A stretch of DNA of 62,926 nucleotides, filler included, from Lenisia limosa (GCA_001655205.1; 10 parts of 10 records of this genome joined end to end with filler, not necessarily neighbours in it), one strand, 5' to 3'. Positions 1 to 13,701 are shown, counted from the whole stretch's first letter. Program-made: numbers and translations. Notes: generated from the sequence alone by a model not told the origin.

Positions 1-1392
1 GGGGGTGAATTTTTTCAAGTTCTCTCTCATTGGAACAGTAGACGATCATGAAGAGATTATTCCTCCCGTTATTAAGGAACCCTCAGACTTACCCAATTTA
101 GAAAGACCGCTTTTGAGGTCCCGAATATTCCTCTCCGCGTGGCACGCCTTGATATCACAATTGCCCTGACGTCATCAAGGTACTGGGGGTGGGGGGCTTA
201 TCTTCATGTCTTCAGCCGACGAATAGGATATTGAAGGGTTATCATGGAATATATCATTCTATTCTGTTGTGATTGTTATCAGCTTACATATATACATATC
301 AAATACGCAACATCGATGCAATATGTAATAGCCCTTCTAATCTACCATCTTCTCACCCACCAGGCCACCGGAAGAATTGCTACAGGAAACATTGCGCGTA
401 TTAACCGAAGAGAAAATCCAGTTCAAGCAGGTTGGCATATGGGGAAGCGGGAAATTTCAATTTCACCAAATTTGATAGAAAGAACCGAAACAGAAAAAAT
501 TTTGGCGCTGTGAAACCCCCTTTCTCCCCGCTGGGATGCTGCAGAGGCGACTGACCTGGGCTTTGTTTATTTTCTCATTTATGCAAACATACAAAGTTAA
601 TTTTGGTTTTTTTTTAAAAAATTATCATTTGCCCTGATTGCTCGTTTTTTTTTTGTTGTTGTTGCTTGTTTTTGTTTGAGTTTCAGATTATTTGGTTCGT
701 GATTGTACCTGTACGCAACTATTCTTCATCGAAATTTCCTTCTTTTCACCCCCCACCCCTCCAGCATGGATGGATGATGGTTTGTCGATCAGGCGATCTT
801 GAGTGGGAGGCCGAAGTGTGCCGACTCGAACGGCTGACTGTGTGCGGACTCCGGACCAGACTCGCCCGGGGTGGGGGGGGGGGNNNNNNNNNNNNNNNNN
901 NNNNNNNNNNNNNNNNNNNNNNNNNNNNNNNNNNNNNNNNNNNNNNNNNNNNNNNNNNNNNNNNNNNNNNNNNNNNNNNNNNNNNNNNNNNNNNNNNNNN
1001 NNNNNNNNNNNNNNNNNNNNNNNNNNNNNNNNNNNNNNNNNNNNNNNNNNNNNNNNNNNNNNNNNNNTTTCAAAACAGCGGTTCAGGATATGGTGGCGGC
1101 AATTAAACTGTAACTTTGTTCCTCTCTATTTTCTTCAATTGTTTCTTTTTATTGGTCGTGTATGTTAATGTACTATTTCAGAATTGTTTCAAAATCGGTC
1201 TCTAATCAATTAGCTTTCGCCCCTGTTTTCTTTTTCCAAAAAGATGATTGCACTTCATTAAATTGGCTAAACCTGGTGAAACCATGTAAATCATTTGTTT
1301 TTTTACAACTCCATTATTCCCCTTGAAGCTGTTCACAATTTAGCCGAACACCCCACGAGAAGGGCCAATAAGGAAGAAGGAGTGGGAAGATC

Positions 1393-1690
1393 TCAAAAGA
1401 AGATAAGCGGTTCCCTTGCCAGGGCTCTGAGAAAATGGCTATCAGCTTCAAACTGTGCCGGCTGAGTGCTTTGAGGCAACGCGTGGACCTTCCTAGAAAG
1501 AGTTAAAGTTGACAGACAAGATCGAGAACATTCCCCGGAGTCCAGTCCTTCCATGAAGGACCCGGCTCGGGGAAAGAGAACACAGCTGAGGCATGTCTCA
1601 CGCAACAGGCTGGAGATCGGCAGCTGAGCTCGCGGCCAAGGCCGTCTCCGCCTCCCGCCACTCCCGCCCACCTCCCGCCTCAACATATAC
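1393..1690 (-). CDS. Probable 3' exons of an unidentified spliced gene (gene likely extends up to ~5400)
   Basis: GC-richer coding-like segments; GTGAGA donor and TTTCTAG acceptor give ...AADLQPVA|KVHALPQ...REPLIFF*. No family recognised. Confidence 0.3.
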
Positions 1691-4600
1691 AGTATTCAGG
1701 CAAAAAAAAAGAAAAGAAGACAATAAAGAGCGGGTTCCCTTTGGGAATCACTGGTACAACTCTTTCACGATAGCCTCTTGCTGTGCCAACCACACATGTA
1801 CCTTGCAATTTACCCTTTTACCCAGATATATATATTATTAATTAATTATTAAACAAACTGAAACTGGACAAGAAGAAGGCAAAAAAAGTCATTTCGGTCT
1901 CACCTTTCTATTGCCAGTCGGCCTGCTTGGCGATATTAAATACATAATACTATTATCCATCATATATATATCACTGAGGAGACAACATTTTATCGTCCCA
2001 AAAGGGCATCTCTAAGTCTTAGGTTGGCAGGAGTCTAATAATGTTAATTGATAGCAGTTTTTACAATTATATTTATTATTCGTATGCTGGGGAGGCACGC
2101 AGAAAGCTGTGTGCACAGAGTTGTAAGGCAATTGATTGGGTNNNNNNNNNNTTATTATACTATAATTCAATATCTCTTAAGCATGATTATGTGGACATCT
2201 TCAGCCAGATACAACCTTTTATTATTATTATTGCTCGTTGCTATTAATTAATCATATTGGATTGTTCAGCAAGAACTGGGAGAGGATAGACTTTGTATCA
2301 CCCTTAGTTTATTTGTATTATGCCCGTCGACAACTTACTTTGCAGAATCCTGTCTTGGAATGGAGGAAGCCTTGGTGAGAGACTTGAGCAATGAGGTTCA
2401 TCTTGACACCAAGGTGTTCCTTGTGGCAATGTCAAGGTTCGCCGAGGCCATGGACTTGATCTACGATCTGGCCTCGTCGTTGGCACAACAGCATCTGAGA
2501 ATCAGGTTGCGGGATAAAAATGTGCGTTCATGATAAACGTGAAAATTACTTTTCTGACAAGTGTGCATGGATTTCAGTTTTCTTTGTTCTTATGATCTGG
2601 CTCAGAATATGATAAATTGTTTCACAATCTTTTATTGTACTTGATTAAATACTACAATCACGTTTGTAGAAAGTGTAAAGATCAAGAAAATGTTTTTGAT
2701 GTTGAGTCAGAAGAAAAAGACGTCTTCTCCACAGCAGTGAGATTGAAAAACAATCTTCTTGAGCAACATGAGAGTCTTGTAGGGGGGGTAAGTTGGAATG
2801 AGTGCTTATTAATAGAAGCTAAAAATTGCTATTAGTAGTGCTATTGTATTTTTTTTGACAAGATGTATCGTTTTGACTACCTAGGAGAGGGTTGTTCGGA
2901 GAATGAGTGGAATCATAAAGTCGTTAGGCGATCGCTATGTTGAGGTGAGGTGTTTTGGGTTTGTGTAACTTCTGAAGCATCTTTTATCATATATGCTGGG
3001 AAGACATGTAGAAAGCTGTCTACACAGAGTAATAAAGCAGATGATTGACATATAAGTATAGTGTTGGTAGAGTATATGATGAAATAGTGAAGGCTCGAGT
3101 GTATAGTATGATACAAATTGTGATTATTATTATTATCTCATATAAATGATGACAGTGCTTCCCTACTGTCCCAAAAATGACTGAATTTTTCGATAAATCC
3201 TCGATAAGTATTGATAGTTTACCGTTATTTGAAGTACACTGATGTTCCTGATACTCATTTTCCAGACGTCAAGTCGAGTGGCAACAATACCTGCAATGTT
3301 GGCAACCATGTCAATACCACAATATGGTATCAGGTTGTAAGATTGAATGCTTCGTGTTGCTTTTCTATTTCTCTTTACATGGGGTGTTGAACCAGTTTTC
3401 TTGATCTACTCTGGAAATCAGAAAGGCCCTCTCAAAAACCATAAGCGTGTCATTTCTAATAAACATGCCTCATTCCACAGTGTCTTATCTAACTGGAGTC
3501 TCGAATGAGTACCAGTCTTCCTTCAATATTACCGTAAGAGGCAATATTATATGAGCTGTGTAACTGTTGCAACTTTTTAACTTCTTGCCTCAATCATAAT
3601 TCATCTGATTGCCTCAGTCAGAAGTGATACATGCGCTTTGTTCCGAGTTTCGCCAGACAACTCTCACGGTTTATACAGCTTCTCTACTTCACCAGGTTGG
3701 TTGGTAAAGACTTTGTTAATTGCGGATGTTTGTTTGTAAAAAATAAGAAATAAAAAATAAGGATGTATTTGGCCGAAGCCGTCCACACCTTCACGCTTAG
3801 AGAGATATTGGATTGTAGTATCATATTAATTCACCCAATCATTTGCCTTATAACTCTGTGCACACAGCTTTCTGAGTGCCTTCTCATTATTCCCCTTGAA
3901 GCTGTTCACAATTTAGCCGAACACCCCACGAGAAGGGCCAATAAGGGAGGTGCTTTTGACAGAGTCCCGACCGTTGAACTCCAAATAAATAGTCCCATTT
4001 TGTACAACTTTTGGCGCACGGGCATTGACTATCATCGCGTTTCTGTCAAATCAGTTCCTCGTCTTCAAACCGAGGCTTATGTTTCAATTTAAAATAAACT
4101 TCCCCATGTTTCCTTTAATTTGATGTAACAAGGAGTTCTCTAAGTCACCAAGACAAGTTTGGGATGTATAACTTTTCTGGAAAAGGAAAGAAAACTGGGG
4201 CAAGTCAAAGAGTAGACAGACCAATACATCACCATATCAGTCAGGAGATTTCAGCAGCTTTAATGATATGATTGAGTCATATTTATTTTGGGTACAAAAG
4301 CAAAAAGGTAACAACCAGGCAACCAGCTACAACGCTACAACAATACCAATATTTCATTTTAGTTATTAACGTTGACACAATATTACGACTCAAAAGCCAT
4401 GTAATCCAGTAATAGTTTGTCCATCTCGCCGTAAGCTTGCCTCCAGTGAGAGCAGTTGACAATGGGGTGGCTCAAGACCATTCTTAACAAGAATGAAGCA
4501 AGTTCAAAGAAGCAAACGCCAAAAGAAGATCCTAAAACTGAGGTTATTTGCAATTTGACTTTTGTTGACATTCCTTTAGGACTACTGTGAGGTCTCTTCC

Positions 4601-5617
4601 TTCTCTAAGCACCCCGAAAATGAAGGATCGCTCTTTGTTTCATGCTCATCGTGTCAAGTCGGCGGTAGTGGCTCCTTTAGGTTGGTCTTTGGTGTTCAGA
4701 TCTTTGTTTTTTGGGTTTCTGTCTCAGGAATCCTTCCCGTATGGAGCAGAAGTACAAGATATAATTATCACAACACGGGTGTTGTCTGAATGGTCCTCTT
4801 TTAGTTACCTTTTTTGTGGTGATTAGCTTGAGATTGTGTTCATTGTAACCTCCCTCTTCAATTCACTTTTACTCTTCTCTGTTTTTACTTCCTCTTCTGT
4901 CAATCAGAACTATTGCTCATTTCAGCAAATTCCGTCCCTCCACCGTATCACTTCACAGTCGTACTTTGGTCCACTATGCGAAGTTGGAAAGCCTTTGGAA
5001 GACCATTCTCCACAATGGTGTTGCACTGGTATGCTTTTGGTTTGACCTCCGATTATTTCGTATTTAATGCTTGCTTCTGAGTTGGCAATATGTTTTTGAA
5101 GGCAAGAACTCTTCCACAAAACTATATTTAACAAAAATCAACATGACCATGGTAATTGATTCAGTCCACATAAGCTATTTTGCATAACAAATACTTGTTC
5201 TTCGTGTTTGATGCATACCGCTGTGAAGCTCGGCCTCTCTCTCCCTCCCTCCCTCAGTTCTTGTGGTAACCCCTCGCAGGACCAAGACAATACGTCATGG
5301 ACCGAGTTTGCATCAGCGTTCATCCAGAGTCACGTGGAATGGGAGGCACCCTACTCGAGACTTGGTAAGCTTCAAGTTGTTCTCATCACAATATAACTCT
5401 CTGCCCTTTGACAAAAACAAATCTCTGCACATTTACTGTAATATATTTACATGATTCCATGAATCCCAAGATATATCAGGAATTATCGAATCATTCCATC
5501 CTATCATTGCCTTCTTCAGGCCTTCCCCTTGTTGTTTGACTGCCAAGTAATATAATATGATATGTACTCTACTTACTTATTATAAAACTTCAATTTCACC
5601 ATCCCTCCTCCATCTCA

Positions 5618-5717
5618 NNNNNNNNNNNNNNNNNNNNNNNNNNNNNNNNNNNNNNNNNNNNTTAATTAATTAANNNNNNNNNNNNNNNNNNNNNNNNNNN
5701 NNNNNNNNNNNNNNNNN
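5618..5717. other. Artificial scaffold-joining spacer (N44-TTAATTAATTAA-N44), first of nine
   Basis: Exactly 44 N + TTAATTAATTAA (stops in all six frames) + 44 N. The same 12-mer cores lie at 12081, 14125, 16346, 20155, 38593, 43257, 53992 and 59605. Sequence on either side should be treated as unlinked. Confidence 0.95.
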
Positions 5718-5718
5718 A

Positions 5719-5831
5719 CATGGCTCAGTGCAGTTGATTTTTTGAGGAAATTATTTGACAAAATTAGTAATTAAAATATGTCTGACTTCAAATTTTGAAA
5801 TTAATTTTTCAATTAATTGCACGGAGCCCTG
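5719..5831. mobile_element. MITE family E (hAT-like, TIR YAGGGCTCCGTGCAATTAATT)
   Basis: Begins CATGGCTCAGTGCAGTTGATT and ends AATTAATTGCACGGAGCCCTG. Related copies at 7640-7856, 16621-16674, 18832-18920, 19690-19900 and 24377-24441. Confidence 0.65.
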
Positions 5832-6882
5832 ATAAATACCCTCTTAACACCGCCGTATCTTGTCGTATCATATGCATAGTAATGAGAAATAAAAATAAGG
5901 TAGTATTTGGCTGAAATCGTCCACACCATCACGCTTATAAAAGATATTGGATTATGGTGTTTTGTTTTTATCAACCCTCGCGTGTTGTCCTAATAACCTT
6001 TTTTCCCCCAAAAAATTTTCTACTTCAGCCAGACACAGCCTTGTATTATTTTTCATCGCTACACAGGGGAGAGAATCCACACTGGTCACTCGACTGTTGA
6101 TTTTATGTTCACTGACAATTCTGAAAGTTGGAGGGAGGGGGGTTGGCATAAATCTAGTTTAAGATAATGGTGCTTATGTTGTATGTAATATTAATCGCAT
6201 GGGTTATGACATGTACGCTGGAGTGATGGGATGCGGGGCTGCAAACGGCAGTGTTGTGACCGAATGTGCCCGACCTCCCAAACCTCGGTACTCGGACCGA
6301 CCGAGGCTGCTAAACTCGGTGCCTCGGTCACAAAGAGGAAAGAATAATATGGTCTATATTTTTTTCAGAAGTGCAACCTGGGCCATTTTGTAACCAAAAA
6401 TGGACCAATATCATGGCAATATTTATCTAAGTACCTCTCCATTGCCTCTCCATAATTTCTTTTCTCCTGCTCATTCATTCATTCAAAATAAAACTCTGCA
6501 ATAACTGGTCAGTTAGTTACTCAGTAGCTCTTGTGAAATGTTAACAATGAAATAGTAAGTATGAAGTAGACAAAATAAACAAAAACAGCAGAATTATTTG
6601 CTTTGACATTTGTTCTCTTCCACCTCATCGTCCTCCTCGTCATTTTCAGAGTCCATGGAAACACAATGGTATTTAGTTCTCCTAATCCAACAGCATATAA
6701 TATTGGTCAAAATCAGCCCCAGGACACTAGATGACAAATGTGTCAAATATTCACAATATCAGAAAGTCTTGTTTAAGGTGTAGCAACCCTTGTGTTTTGT
6801 CAGCCAACAGAGATAATTTCGATTTTTTTTTTTTTTCTTCATAAATTTTCCAATTTTACCCTGCCACCCCCACCCCCCGCAG

Positions 6883-7058
6883 CCAATGATGACGAATCAA
6901 GTCTGGACCTTGACGTTTCAATGAGTATTGATGACTCGGTTAAAGACGCCACCTCCGACATTGCTTCCGACATTGCTTCTGACATTGCTTCCGATCTAGG
7001 TTCCGACATAACATCCGATATAGGTTCCGAGGCAAGAAACGATACTGGGAGCCAACGG
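6883..7058 (+). CDS. Acidic exon with Ser-Asp-Ile-Ala tandem repeats; part of an unidentified + strand gene spanning ~6650-12036
   Basis: Acceptor CCGCAG at 6882, open frame ANDDESSLDLDVS...SDIASDIASDIASDLGSDITSDIGS. Further exon-like segments with GT/AG ends near 8220-8338, 10463-10519, 11259-11373, 11605-11693 and 11970-12035. Confidence 0.45.
6953..7030 (+). repeat. 12-bp coding minisatellite (TCCGACATTGCT)n, about 6 degenerate units
   Basis: Seen directly; encodes SDIA repeats. Confidence 0.85.
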
Positions 7059-7651
7059 TATGGTTTTTTTTTTTGAAAACAAGAATAATGATAAGTCCTG
7101 ACACGTAGATTTAGCTTTATCTTTAGTCAACCGTGTCNNNNNNNNNNNNNNNNNNNNNNNNNNNNNNNNNNNNNNNNNNNNNNNNNNNNNNNNNNNNNNN
7201 NNNNNNNNNNNNNNNNNNNNNNATGACAATCCAGGCTTTCCTTTGTTTTTTAGATAGTTTATCTAAAATGTTAGTTTTTTTCTGTTACCAACCTTGACTT
7301 CACACTTGTGTATTTTTCACTTTTCTACTTTCCTTTGTTTTTCTTGACAGGGTTTCCTTTGTTGATCCACTGTCCTTTTTTTTCAATATTTAATATTAAT
7401 CTATTTGCCAGGTACAACCTGATTTGTGCATGTTGACAAAACAGACTGTCCTTTGTTTTATTTGTGACAACCCAGGCTTTCCTTTGTTTTTTCTGCCAAA
7501 CACTGGAACGAACACGGTGCCAAATATCTCAGGGAGTTTTCCTCAGGACACTCGAGGTAAGCTTGAAGGGAGGGTTAACATGAAATAATTTTGAAGCCAA
7601 ACCCAGAATCTACTCTGTTGGCTTAACATTCTGAATAACTAGGACTCCATG

Positions 7652-7731
7652 CAGGGCTTCACTTTGGTTCGATAAATCCTCGAAAACTATCGACATTGCC
7701 CCGGTTTTTTCCGAACCGAAGTGAAGCCCTA
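7652..7731. mobile_element. MITE family A (hAT-like), nested in the left TIR of a family E copy
   Basis: CAGGGCTTCACTTTGGTTCG...CGAACCGAAGTGAAGCCCTA, flanked by actccatg / ctccgtg. Confidence 0.85.
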
Positions 7732-8061
7732 CTCCGTGCAATTACTATTTTGAAGAAATTCGTTGAAATACTTGGAAATTAAGGTGTCTGAAATCGAGTT
7801 TTAATTATGTCTCAGTTCAAATTTTACAATTACTTTTTCAATTACACGAGGTCCTATATAACAGAATTCCCTCCCTTTTTTTTGTTTCAAACAGTTTCCA
7901 TATTTACGGCACTTGAACACACCGGGTTGGAATGTTGACTGAAAAGTGACTACTTTGCCTCAAGAAAATGAGTTAAAGGAGGCTTATCGAACTGATTTTT
8001 GGGGATTTCTGAAGTTTAGTCGTCGAACTGCATTGCTGAGAATGTTTCCAACCCTCAGCTC

Positions 8062-8165
8062 TTGGACTACGCTTCGGTTCGAGAAAGACCTGTAAAATAT
8101 CGATAACTTCCGAGGATTTATCGAGAAATTCAGTCTTTTTTTTTTCAAACCGAAGTGAAGCCCTA
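8062..8165. mobile_element. MITE family A
   Basis: Right TIR intact, left decayed; perfect 8-bp TSD CTCAGCTC. Confidence 0.9.
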
Positions 8166-8699
8166 CTCAGCTCATAAAAACCATATGATATGATATCTAC
8201 TTTCCGTTTTCATCATCTTCAGCCCCTCACATCCCCTCAAAACTGCTCCTCCCGCATCGCCCACACTTGCCCCCTCGAAGGCCGTAAAACCAGTGGTCAA
8301 AACTAAGACAAACCCAGGACCAAAGCAGCTAAAAGCAGTAAGCTTCCGTTTCAAGTATACATAATATCATATGTCTGCAACACATAACCTGGCAGTGACT
8401 AGAGTTTTTGTCCCCCCCCCCCCCNNNNNNNNNNNNNNNNNNNNNNNNNNNNNNNNNNNNNNNNNNNNNNNNNNNNNNNNNNNNNNNNNNNNNNNNNNNN
8501 NNNNNNNNNNNNNGCCCATTTTGCACGGTCTCCCCCACGGTCTCCCCCTTGCCTACTAAATTCCCTGTGTACAACACCGCCCATCTCGCGGTGACAGCCC
8601 TTCCGTTCTACCAAATTTCCGAGCATCCCATTATAAACAGAAAGTTCCTTTCCTCCCCTACCAAAATCCCTATTAACCTTCGAACTTTCCACTCCCATC

Positions 8700-8799
8700 T
8701 AGGGCTTCACTTCGATTCGAAAAAAGACACATTTTCTCGATAAATCCTCGAAAACTATCGATATTTTGCCGGTCTTTTTCAAACCGAAGTAAAGCATTA
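8700..8799. mobile_element. MITE family A
   Basis: TAGGGCTTCACTTCGATTCG...CAAACCGAAGTAAAGCATTA; TSD degenerate. Confidence 0.85.
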
Positions 8800-9552
8800 C
8801 TCCATAAATTTCCTATAATCATCCAATATCTCTTATAAGCGGGATGGTGTGGACGATACAACCTTATTTTTTTAGTTCTCATTGCTTACTGGTCACACGT
8901 CTCCCCAGTATTCCCTGTTAACAACCTAGTCACACGCCTCCCCTGTGAAACCGTCCCTCCCATCCCTTCCAAAATCTATGGCTCCACCCCCCACAGATTG
9001 CCACAGAGTTTCCCTTTCAAGTCAGCCGACAACCCTTATACTCAGTCCTGGTACCTNNNNNNNNNNNNNNNNNNNNNNNNNNNNNNNNNNNNNNNNNNNN
9101 NNNNNNNNNNNNNNNNNNNNNNNNNNNNNNNNNNNNNNNNNNNNNNNNNNNNNNNNNNNNNNNNNNNNNNNNNNNNNNNNNNNNNNNNNNACGGAAGTGA
9201 AGTAGGACGGGGGAATTTATTTCGCGCGGAGGGGGGAGTGGAGTATTAGAAAATATATTAAATCTATTGGGGAACATAAGAATACATACCATAAAAAATC
9301 ACCATAAATATCGCGGGGCGCCTTCCCCCTCATACTAGGTGCCCGGGTGTAATTTAGGTGGTTCTTTTCTGGTAGGGTTCCTCTTCTATACACACTGACC
9401 GTGATCAGTCATGACTGGGGTTTCACTCCTTCGAAAAATACCGTTAAAATATCGAAGATTTACGAGAGAATTCAGTCTTTTTTTTTTGTTACCGAAGTGA
9501 AACGGCAGATATATTATTAAGAATTAAAAAGTGGGTAAATATATCATATTCA

Positions 9553-9633
9553 CAGTGACCAGGATAAGTCTTGCCCGATTTTCAATCTGATTTCCCATTG
9601 GAAATCGGTCAGGACTTATCCCAGTCACCACTG
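9553..9633. mobile_element. MITE family D (Tc1/mariner-like)
   Basis: CAGTGACCAGGATAAGTCTTG...CAGGACTTATCCCAGTCACCACTG inverted ends. Confidence 0.75.
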
Positions 9634-12164
9634 TGTATCGCTGTAAAAAAGATATTACGTTTCCTCTAACTGCATTGTAGCAGCTAAAAAAGCCGTGGAT
9701 ATGAAGGTTCCCCTCACTTTCGGTTTTCGAAAAGCCACCAAAAGAGTCCCGCCAAAGTAGGTGGATTATTATATCTGACTGTAACTATGATGATGTTGAA
9801 CAATGATTATGATATTCTTATTATTATTAATATTATTATGTTTATTATTATTAATATTAATATGTTTATAATTTTTTTGTTATTATTTATGATGATGATG
9901 TTGTTGTTGGATGATGATCATGACGGTGATGGTGATATCCGAGCATAAATATCATTGTTACTTTTTAACCGAAAGAGTCCCGCCGAAGTTAAGGTGATGT
10001 TAATGATGATGTGCCGTCTTCATCTTCACCATCATCATATCATCATCACCATTATCATCTTCATCTCACCATTATCATCTTCATCTCACCATTATCATCT
10101 TCATCAACACAGCAACATCATCATTATTATCATCAGCAACAAACAACATCATCATAAAGAATAACCTCCATAGAGAGTCAAGTATATCTTACCAAGATCA
10201 CCTTCGGTACAACGCACTTGCAAGAAAACCAAGGCAGGAATGGACACCTGTAAGGGGGGGGGGGGGNNNNNNNNNNNNNNNNNNNNNNNNNNNNNNNNNN
10301 NNNNNNNNNNNNNNNNNNNNNNNNNNNNNNNNNNNNNNNNNNNNNNNNNNNNNNNNNNNNNNNNNNNNNNNNNNNNNNNNNNNNNNNNNNNNNNNNNNNN
10401 NNNNNNNNNNNNNNNNNNNNNNNNNNNNNNNNNNNNNNTCCAATTTCACCCCCTCCCCCCAGGATGATATTTCTTTTGTCTCCACCACGAAGCCAGCGGT
10501 TGAACTTGAAAAGATCGAGGTATGCCCCAAATTAGAATATTCAGACATATATTTTGTCTTTGTTTTTGTTTTTGTTTTGACGGAGTTATCTCGTTTTTTT
10601 TTTTGTTTGTATAAATTATGTATATATATCATATCATATCTATAAATATAGCTATATATATTTTGTTTTTTTCTGTTTGTTTGTTAGACAGGCACCTTGT
10701 ACACACAGCCACCCTAACACACAGTGCTGCATAATCGACTAACCTGGGTTCTATTTGTGTTAATGTTTTCAACCCTCCTGTGCTACTAACCCACCGGAAG
10801 TTGTATACAATTTGTTGTAGGTTATTTCTTTTTTTTTCTTTTTTTCTTGTACTATTTGTATTTCTCTCCCTCTCAAATGCATTTGCATTCTTGTCCTAAA
10901 ATAAGTTGATTTTGGACTAATTTGTCATAATTTGCCATTCTCACCCCCCACCCTCCAGTAGCAACATATATAATATTGCAATGAGAAATAACAAATAAAG
11001 ATGTATCTGGCCGAAGCCGTCCACCATCACGCTAGTATACTATTAATTCACCCAATCATTTGCCAAACAACTCTGTGTACATAACTTTCTGCGTGCCTCC
11101 CCAGCATACAAGTAATGATTATGATGACAACTATGATGATTATTTTTATGTTGTTGGTGTTGATGATTATTATTGTAATGATTATTATATAACAGGATGA
11201 TGTTTAATATTGATTTGGTGTACATGATATATTATGTATATTTCCCATAACCCCCCAGGTTCAAGAAAATCAAAGACGAATGGCACTACGAGCACCAGGC
11301 ATCACGGCTTGGCCCCATACGTCGGTTGCCTTCGTGCATGCTACGGCGGCGGTGGAGAGGGCGAGAGCTCTCAGGTTGGATGCCGATATTGGTTCACTAC
11401 GGCGCATTTACTTGGAATTCTGATGAAAACGTTGGGATTCCCATATTTTACATTGGAATTCCATGCAATTTTATGGAAATCCTAAGAAATTTATGGATTC
11501 GCAAATAATACGTGGGAATCCCAAGTCGATGCGGTGTAGTGTTAGTTTCACAGGATATAGCAGGAGTGCACGTTATACACACTATTAATAGTTTTAGATT
11601 CACAGCAATGTTTGAGCAGGAGTGTACGTTCAACACTCTTGAGTCTCCTCCAGCCTTATTAGGGCCAGCGACACCCAAAAAGGCCCTCCCAGGTACGGAG
11701 GGTTTTTAATAGGGACTTTAATAGATGAAATAAAGGCAAAGATTTTCGTAAGCGAAACTTTTGATAATTGTTTCTTGGGATATAAAGTTGGTTTACAAAG
11801 ACATTTATCGAATCAACTGGAAAAAGGGCAGCATAAAAGCTCTCCAGGCTTGATAATAGGCGATAAATAAGCGGTCACATAGGGTTGATAGGGATTTGAG
11901 TTGAACCTCTCCTCTTTATTTCTTTCCTTTTTTTTATTTAGATTTTTATTTATTTTCCTCACAAACACAGAACCGTTATCGGCTTCTTTACCCCCCCTTG
12001 CCGGGTTTCTGTCTCTCCACGGCTCTGTGCGACAGGNNNNNNNNNNNNNNNNNNNNNNNNNNNNNNNNNNNNNNNNNNNNTTAATTAATTAANNNNNNNN
12101 NNNNNNNNNNNNNNNNNNNNNNNNNNNNNNNNNNNNATACTAACCCCGGTCCATGTAGCATCGG

Positions 12165-12263
12165 TTGGGCTTCAATTCGGTTCGAAAAAAGACCGAATTT
12201 CTTGATAAATCCTCAAAAACCACCGATATTTTAATGGTCTTTTTCGAACCAAGGGAAGCCCTA
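12165..12263. mobile_element. MITE family A
   Basis: TTGGGCTTCAATTCGGTTCG...CGAACCAAGGGAAGCCCTA; flanks agcatcgg / agcattgc. Confidence 0.85.
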
Positions 12264-12933
12264 AGCATTGCGGATACTTGGGAATCCCATGTGAATAATG
12301 GGAATCCCAACTTGTTGTTTTAAGAATGCAAAATCAATACTCCGAATTGAAAACACCCCCAACTGCATTGGCCACAACCATCACAGAAGATGTTGGCAGG
12401 TTGAGACGTGTCTGTGAGCATTAAACTGTTCTTCTTCACGCTCAATCCTAAAAGGTCAGTTCTACACCATTTTTTGCTTTAATTTTTATGTCAAAGGTTA
12501 TGATAATGTCGCTTAAAATGCAATAAATATTCAGAATTTCACTGCTTTCACATTCCATCCTAGCACAACTGTTCCGCAAAAAACCCCAACCCTAAAATAT
12601 TCAGTTCCGTCCAAATCGTGTCCCTGACTGTCCCTTTCTCAGCCCCCCCCCACACACACATCTCATCTCTATATATTTCCTCATATTACCCCCTCCCCTC
12701 CATTTATATATCCATATGTCCTACTACCACCTATCCTACCAGCTATATCCTCAACATCAATGCTGGAAGAACCGCATAGAAGCCCTCCCCCGGCTAAAAG
12801 AGTAAATATCGGCCACTATATAGTTTCCATCTTGGAGACTGCAAAAAGACCTGACATTTTCCCAAAAGAAGGAATGGTTCTGAAAGATGGTCAGATGGTT
12901 ACTAAATATACATATATGATACACATATATGTA

Positions 12934-13011
12934 CAGTGACCGGGATAAGTCTTGGCCGATTTGCTCTATGATTTCCCAAGGAAAATAGGTCAAGACTTAC
13001 CCCGGTCAGTG
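12934..13011. mobile_element. MITE family D (Tc1/mariner-like), best copy
   Basis: TA|CAGTGACCGGGATAAGTCTTG...CAAGACTTACCCCGGTCAGTG|TA. Other copies at 17429-17496, 23520-23587, 25836-25909, 35704-35765 and a partial at ~20240-20300. Confidence 0.85.
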
Positions 13012-13339
13012 TATGTATGTGCTACCAATGTGTGGGTATCATATCAAGACAGGAAAAAGGGTAATTTACACGTTTGAAATTGGCCCTAAAAGTGAAATGG
13101 ATTACGACCCTAGTTTCAATAAAATCCATACAAGAAAATAGAAGTAATGATATCACATGATGGGGGGCGCTAACGAGCGTGGGCGTGAGAAAAAGGTAAT
13201 TTTGTTTGGATTGCTATTTCCCAACAATTTTAATGGATACTATTTCGTTTTAAATCAGCTGTTGAAAAGCCGACTCATAATATATGTATATATCCTTAGC
13301 ATACCGAAAATGGCCATATTTTGTGCAATTTTTGAGTTT

Positions 13340-13701
13340 TTGGCCTCCACAAACGCGGTGTCTCTCACAGCCAGTCCTCCTCCCTTGTAGGACTCATTTC
13401 GGATGATCTGGGGGTAAAGCGGACGCAGGGAAATGGGAAACACAAGGGAGTTTTTAGTAGAAGCCGTCCGCTCCATCGCTTTGGTAAGAGATATTGGATT
13501 ATTTCATTAATTCTCAGAAAATGTCAATCCAGAATAAGTCTAATAGCCTCCAGCCATATCGATTGAGAGATACTACCCCCCTTTTTTAAAAGCTTCAGCC
13601 CAATACTCCCCCCATACGTCCACTCCCTCTAGCAACAGGGTGGAGTATCCATTGAGACACACGCCCCCACCCGAGAGCGACGGAACGTAAACAAATCGAC
13701 C
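13340..13701 (-). CDS. Two exons of a protein with Pmp-like / right-handed beta-helix repeats (gene probably extends down to ~12360)
   Basis: Exon 13701-13618 (84 nt) spliced to the exon starting at 13407 gives SGGGVCLNGYSTLLLEGVD|IIRNESYKGGGLAVRDTAFVE, with recurring GGG-hydrophobic and N-x-x-x-x-GGG motifs. A Cys-rich exon (IFCDGCGQCSW) lies at ~12360-12450. Confidence 0.5.
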
